From NCBI RefSeq assembly GCF_001194135.2, contig NC_068997.1:23987524-24029161 (forward strand): 41,638 bases of DNA, given 5' to 3'. A model generated the notes under the pieces. That model was not told the origin of the DNA. It saw only the letters and a program-made list of their open reading frames with translations, and searched no databases. Made by a program: the position numbers and the translations under genes. The DNA is from Octopus bimaculoides (taxonomy: Eukaryota). Shown here piece after piece: positions 36,537-41,638 of the stretch. The stretch's first letter is position 1; each line of letters starts with the position of its first letter.

Positions 36537-36567
<31 letters not shown>
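36426..36567. repeat. Fold-back palindrome (TG)n-unique-(TA)n-unique'-(CA)n
   Basis: 36453-36477 and 36516-36540 are reverse complements at 24/25; the flanking TG and CA tracts extend each arm to 52 bp. Confidence 0.9.
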
Positions 36568-36579
<12 letters not shown>

Positions 36580-36580
36580 C

Positions 36581-36630
<50 letters not shown>

Positions 36631-37060
36631 ATATGTATNNNNNNNNNNNNNNNNNNNNNNNNNNNNNNNNNNNNNNNNNNNNNNNNNNNNNNNNNNNNNN
36701 NNNNNNNNNNNNNNNNNNNNNNNNNNNNNNNNNNNNNNNNNNNNNNNNNNNNNNNNNNNNNNNNNNNNNNNNNNNNNNNNNNNNNNNNNNNNNNNNNNNN
36801 NNNNNNNNNNNNNNNNNNATATATATACAGACACACACGCATATATACATATATATATATATTTATATACTGAGATAGATAAATAGATAGATAAATACAT
36901 ACGTCCATACATACATACATACATACATACATACATACATACGTACATACATACATACATACATAGAGAAATAGATAGATAGATAGATAGATGTTAAGTA
37001 TTCATCTCACTATACCACGTTCACACGCATTGACATTCAAAGATGAATGTAACTATAACT

Positions 37061-37288
37061 GCAAGATGGGCTACAGCAAATATTTTGCTCAATACAACAG
37101 ATTTGCTTGTCAGCTGCTTGACCATAACCAAATGAGCATATCCCTTAGTGGCTGACGATGCGGGCATTTCTGATCACGTGCAGAGGCAGTGAGTGTACCC
37201 TTATTAGACGGATAGTCACAATGCGTATGCTCGGTTTCGTATATTTTACCCCAGTGTCACTTCGATGGCATGCACTGCTCTATCACTC
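37061..37288 (+). mobile_element. Family E, internally deleted copy
   Basis: Aligns to 5581-5716 and then jumps to 5981-6078; junction at about 37193; followed by (AAT)/(AAC)n. Confidence 0.7.
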
Positions 37289-37333
37289 AATAATAATAAT
37301 AGGAATAATAATAACAACAACAACAACAACAAC

Positions 37334-37389
<56 letters not shown>

Positions 37390-37404
37390 TAATAATGATA
37401 ATAA
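37289..37404. repeat. (AAT)n/(AAC)n array between two retroelement ends
   Basis: Direct. Confidence 0.95.
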
Positions 37405-37616
37405 AAAACACCAGGACTTACAAATATATATAACATTCAGAAAATTGCACTACTGGGTACTGCACACATTCTACGCAAAACACTTTCGATACAGTAAACA
37501 TAAGAGCACCACAGCAAACCACAGCACATACCCAAGGCGCACAGAGCTGCGCTCGGTAGTGAAGTGAAAGCACGTTATAAAAATAAAACTACTGAATAAT
37601 AATAATAATAATAATA
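37405..37616 (+). mobile_element. 5'-truncated RLE-endonuclease non-LTR retrotransposon 3' end (R4/Dong-like) with (AAT)n tail
   Basis: Frame 37405-37497 reads KTPGLTNIYNIQKIALLGTAHILRKTLSIQ*. QK...LGTA.ILRK.L is the characteristic C-terminus of R4/Dong/Hero-type ORFs. About 97-nt 3' UTR, then (AAT)n. Confidence 0.75.
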
Positions 37617-37657
37617 TTAATAATGCCGATGATGGTAGTGATGGCGGTGACGGTGAT

Positions 37658-37712
37658 GGCTTCCAATACTGGCTCAAGAACATACATTTGGGAGGAGGAA
37701 TAATCGATTATG
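37658..37712 (-). mobile_element. SINE family A 3' end fragment
   Basis: ggcttccaatactggctcaag...gggaggaggaataatcgatta resembles the reverse complement of 21525-21580. Confidence 0.35.
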
Positions 37713-38009
37713 ATTATAATTATTATAACTACCATTATCACCATCACTACCATCAACATCATTACATTATATTTAATAAGCTTGATATGTAATAACCAAA
37801 GCGTTTTGTCATCAGCAAAGTTAACTCTCAGTCTTTGGAAACTAAATCTGAAGAATTAAAATTTAGAATCTGTTCTTCAAGAGTGAACAATAACCTTTAC
37901 CATTTTTTTGGTTCGAAGCCAAACATTTAAAGAGAGGGAGAGAGAGAGAGATACGGTGGTATTGAACGTCTGGATTGCAGTACTTTACAGCTTTTCTGTT
38001 TTGTTGTTG

Positions 38010-38235
38010 TCAATGTAGTTGCAGCTATTATTTAACACCAGGTCAAACTTGATCAAACAGATCTATGATCAAAGATGCTACAACCGTTACTAAGCTGTCT
38101 TTTCAGATTATAATTGACCTGATTCGACATTATCTAACGCGTTCCGTTCATTTGTTGTTCTAAAGAATGGAGATTGTTATTTCAGAAAAGAATTTTGTTG
38201 TTATTTCTAGCAACTCGAAAGACCTACAGAGAGCT
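38010..38235 (-). mobile_element. Family D copy
   Basis: tatttaacaccaggtcaaactttgatcaaacagatctatgatcaaagatg matches 3705-3750; the distal part matches the reverse complement of 3073-3160. Confidence 0.6.
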
Positions 38236-38311
38236 TTTATCCTAGACCCAGATAAGTTTTCTGTTTCTGGTGTGTTTGTGTGTGTGTTTGTTTGTGTGTG
38301 TGTGTTTGTGT

Positions 38312-38401
<90 letters not shown>

Positions 38402-38888
38402 GATAAAGAACGGGAGAGAGAAAGAGATAGATAGTTCGATTGATATGCAGATGAAGAGATAGGTGTATTGTAATCAATTCCATAAAGGTGTATATAATGG
38501 AACATTTGTTATTATTGTTGTTGTTGCTGCTGTCGTCGTAGGCGTTGTTGTTGTTGTTGTTGTTGTCGTTGTTGTTAAGTAGTAGTTCTGAATCACTCAT
38601 CGATTAGTATAGGTTTATGTGATGTAAAATGACATAATCCTATCTGAACAGGCGATACAAGATTTCAAGCCGGGTGGAAGTGCGAACACACATATTCCAT
38701 AACATGCACACTAGCACATACACATATATACGTATGCATATACATACCTAATCATACAAAAGCACATACAGAGACGTATTTTGTAATTTCCTTTATATAT
38801 ATATATATATATATCGTTTTTGGAGAGGGAGAGGAGAATGAGACAGGTATTGATGAACACATGGATATGTGTGTGTATATGTATATAT

Positions 38889-38943
<55 letters not shown>

Positions 38944-40360
38944 AAGATATTGCTAAATCATAACCTGTTGATGATGAAAATATTTTGGAGTGATTTATCA
39001 CATCATATTCTTATGATTTTCTTGTTTTTTCTTCTTTATTCTTTAAATTGCCAATGATTTGTTATTGTTTGAATGCATTGGTTGTGTACAACATTGAAAA
39101 AAAAAAGTCTTTTTTAGGATAAATTTTTTTTTTTTAAATCATATAAGAAGAAATGCTTATGTCTCTATGTGTCATTCTTAAGAAAGCCATTATTGTTCCT
39201 TTTCATTTGCTGTGGATTCTACAAATTTGAAGGCAAAAAAACGGATTGTTGATATATTTAATACATCTTTATTTTCGTGCGTATGTCTGTCATTGAAATT
39301 CTAAAGAAGATTCTTGTAATGTTTGCTTTGGATATAATGGATTGGCTGGTTGGCTGGTTCTATTTACATGAAGTAAATATTATTTTTTGTCATCGCATAT
39401 TAAAGATAAAATATATTGGATTATTACGTACAAAGAAAGAAATTTAAATTTTTTTCATTTTTATTTTCTTCTCTTGGATCATACGGATTCCTTGCTTGTT
39501 TGTTGCCATTTATGTGAAATAAATATTATTTTCTTCATATTTCTACGAAGTCTACATATTTAAATAATGAAAGACATCTCAGTTGCGTCTATTCATCCAT
39601 CTTGTTATATATGTACCCAGCACCACTTTTTGGAACATTTCCCTGCTTTTTCAACAAGGTGTAATCAGAAAGCGATACCTGCTACTTCTAGCATACGTAG
39701 CGACTACATAGGATCTCTGCCGTTGGTTTATCACCTGTAAATTTTAATACTGAAGTTTTAACTTATTTAAAGTTTGGGCTCGATCATATCGAAACCCTTA
39801 ATAACAAAAAAAAACAACTAAAAACAGATCTTGTCTGGGCTGTAACAGAACTGTTGTCCGGTTCTATTTACTCCAAATATGTTGTCAGGATAATTTGATA
39901 CCAGTAATTTAGGGTTAATATATCATATACCGCAGGTGAATTAGTGTTTAAACCGACCTCGGAGGGTGATAAATTTTGTACTGTTCAAGAGAAAATGGTT
40001 ATAATTTTATAACTATTTTCTTTTGAACAGTACAAAATGTATCACCCTCAGAACGACAAAATTTAAAATTGTGATCGGCGCGGTTCGAACTTGGAAGATA
40101 ATACAACGTGGTTATATACCACAAAAAGCTTCGTCCGTTGTTCTACCTTTACTGCCATGCATTGCCCTCTTGTTATATATTAATAATATTTATCAAATGA
40201 ATAGTGGAACTGGTTGCAATTATCCCTTGGAATACGGTCATAGATGTTAATCCCCTTAACGAATTTATAGAATATATCAGCTTTAATCGAAGATATTACG
40301 TATAAATCGCTTAGTTAAACAAAGGGGTTTTGACAATATCATTAATTTTCCTCCTTGCAG

Positions 40361-40406
40361 TTGTCACCTACTCCTACAACGACTACGGATATATTAACAG
40401 ATCAAG
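40361..40406 (+). CDS. Candidate 46-nt exon (LSPTPTTTTDILTDQ or VTYSYNDYGYINRS), unidentified
   Basis: Strong acceptor TTTTCCTCCTTGCAG| after T-rich intron-like sequence; weak donor AAG|GTAGAA; two open frames. Confidence 0.2.
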
Positions 40407-40574
40407 GTAGAATCATTAATGAGTTTCCAAGCTAAATACTTCAACGTAGCTATCATAAATTGGAAATAACTTTACTAAGAATGGTATATGATTCAGCAGG
40501 AGATTTCCAGTGAGAGACAGAAACAAAACGACGTTGGGATTGAAGTGATATGCAGAGAGAGCGAGACGACACTA

Positions 40575-40585
40575 TACGCACGCGT

Positions 40586-40627
<42 letters not shown>

Positions 40628-40760
40628 ACACACATACACACACACACACACACGCACACATTCATATATATGAATATATATCTATATATTTATATATATG
40701 TATATATATATCATATATATTTATATGCATATGTATGTATGAATACATATCTATCTATCA

Positions 40761-40813
<53 letters not shown>

Positions 40814-40849
40814 CCTATCTAACTATCTATATATGAATATATGTATATA

Positions 40850-40886
<37 letters not shown>

Positions 40887-41012
40887 ATNNNNNNNNNNNN
40901 NNNNNNNNNNNNNNNNNNNNNNNNNNNNNNNNNNNNNNNNNNNNNNNNNNNNNNNNNNNNNNNNNNNNNNNNNNNNNNNNNNNNNNNNNNNNNNNNNNNN
41001 NNNNNNNNNNNN

Positions 41013-41055
<43 letters not shown>

Positions 41056-41220
41056 GTATATGCTTATGTATGTGTATATATATATATGTATATATATGTA
41101 TATACGTGTACATGATATACACACACAAACGCGCGCATACACACGCATACACGCACGCACGCATACACTAAGATATATCTGTAGGAGGAGGAGAGAGAGA
41201 GAGAGAACGTGAGAGAGAGA
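40575..41220. repeat. (CA)n, (TA)n, (TATC)n and (GA)n cluster around gap 40889-41012
   Basis: Direct. Confidence 0.9.
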
Positions 41221-41602
41221 AATTACCTAATTAGCATAACGACAAACAAAATCCGCCATTTTAGCTCAACGTTGAAACGCCTATTTCGGCCCCAGGGAAT
41301 AAGAAATCGGTGGGTATATATCGGGATAAACAAACACGTGAACACACATTGATGATATCAAAAGCTCTTCAATTACTATTGATCCTTACCGATTTCGTCA
41401 ACAAATTCTATTTATTTTGATTAATTGTCCTTCAACCGGTGAAGTATGCACTGTTGAACAAGAGGTAACTTCACGGTGATTCCAGTCAGGAAAGAAACAA
41501 CGTTTGCCAATTAAAGCCAATTTCCTCTCACTTGAAGTTAACAATTCGCTTGAAAATTTGAAATTATATATATGTATGTATAAGTCTATAAATTTGCATG
41601 TA

Positions 41603-41638
<36 letters not shown>

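Noticed and set aside
41390-41560. Minus-strand segment ending in CG|GTAAGG
   Set aside because: Stops in all frames from the best acceptor.

Overview
AT-rich eukaryotic (metazoan) non-coding DNA, extremely dense in microsatellites, with 13 assembly gaps (about 3.8 kb of N), all flanked by dinucleotide tracts. The repeat content (tRNA-headed SINEs with an internal (TA)/(TG) tract, a TTAA-flanked MITE, a (TAA)n-tailed R4/Dong-like LINE end) matches my recollection of octopus repeats. The source is therefore probably an Octopus draft assembly; this is inference and no database search was run. I recognise no host gene, rRNA, true tRNA or CRISPR array. Nearly all listed ORFs are translations of microsatellites, G-poor repeats or N-gaps. 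The only recognisable protein motif is a LINE endonuclease C-terminus (QKIALLGTAHILRKTLSIQ*) at about 37.4 kb. A few short segments have good splice signals and could be exons of an unidentified long-intron gene (low confidence). The most interesting structure is at the DNA level: a perfect 78-bp-arm microsatellite palindrome, a fold-back palindrome centred on (TA)n, an exact 37-bp templated insertion into a SINE, retroelements stacked in (TAA)n arrays, a piggyBac-type MITE carrying a self-templated hairpin insert, two cryptic minisatellites (about 56 bp and 110 bp), and several close inverted SINE pairs. Family labels A-E are my own in-window labels.
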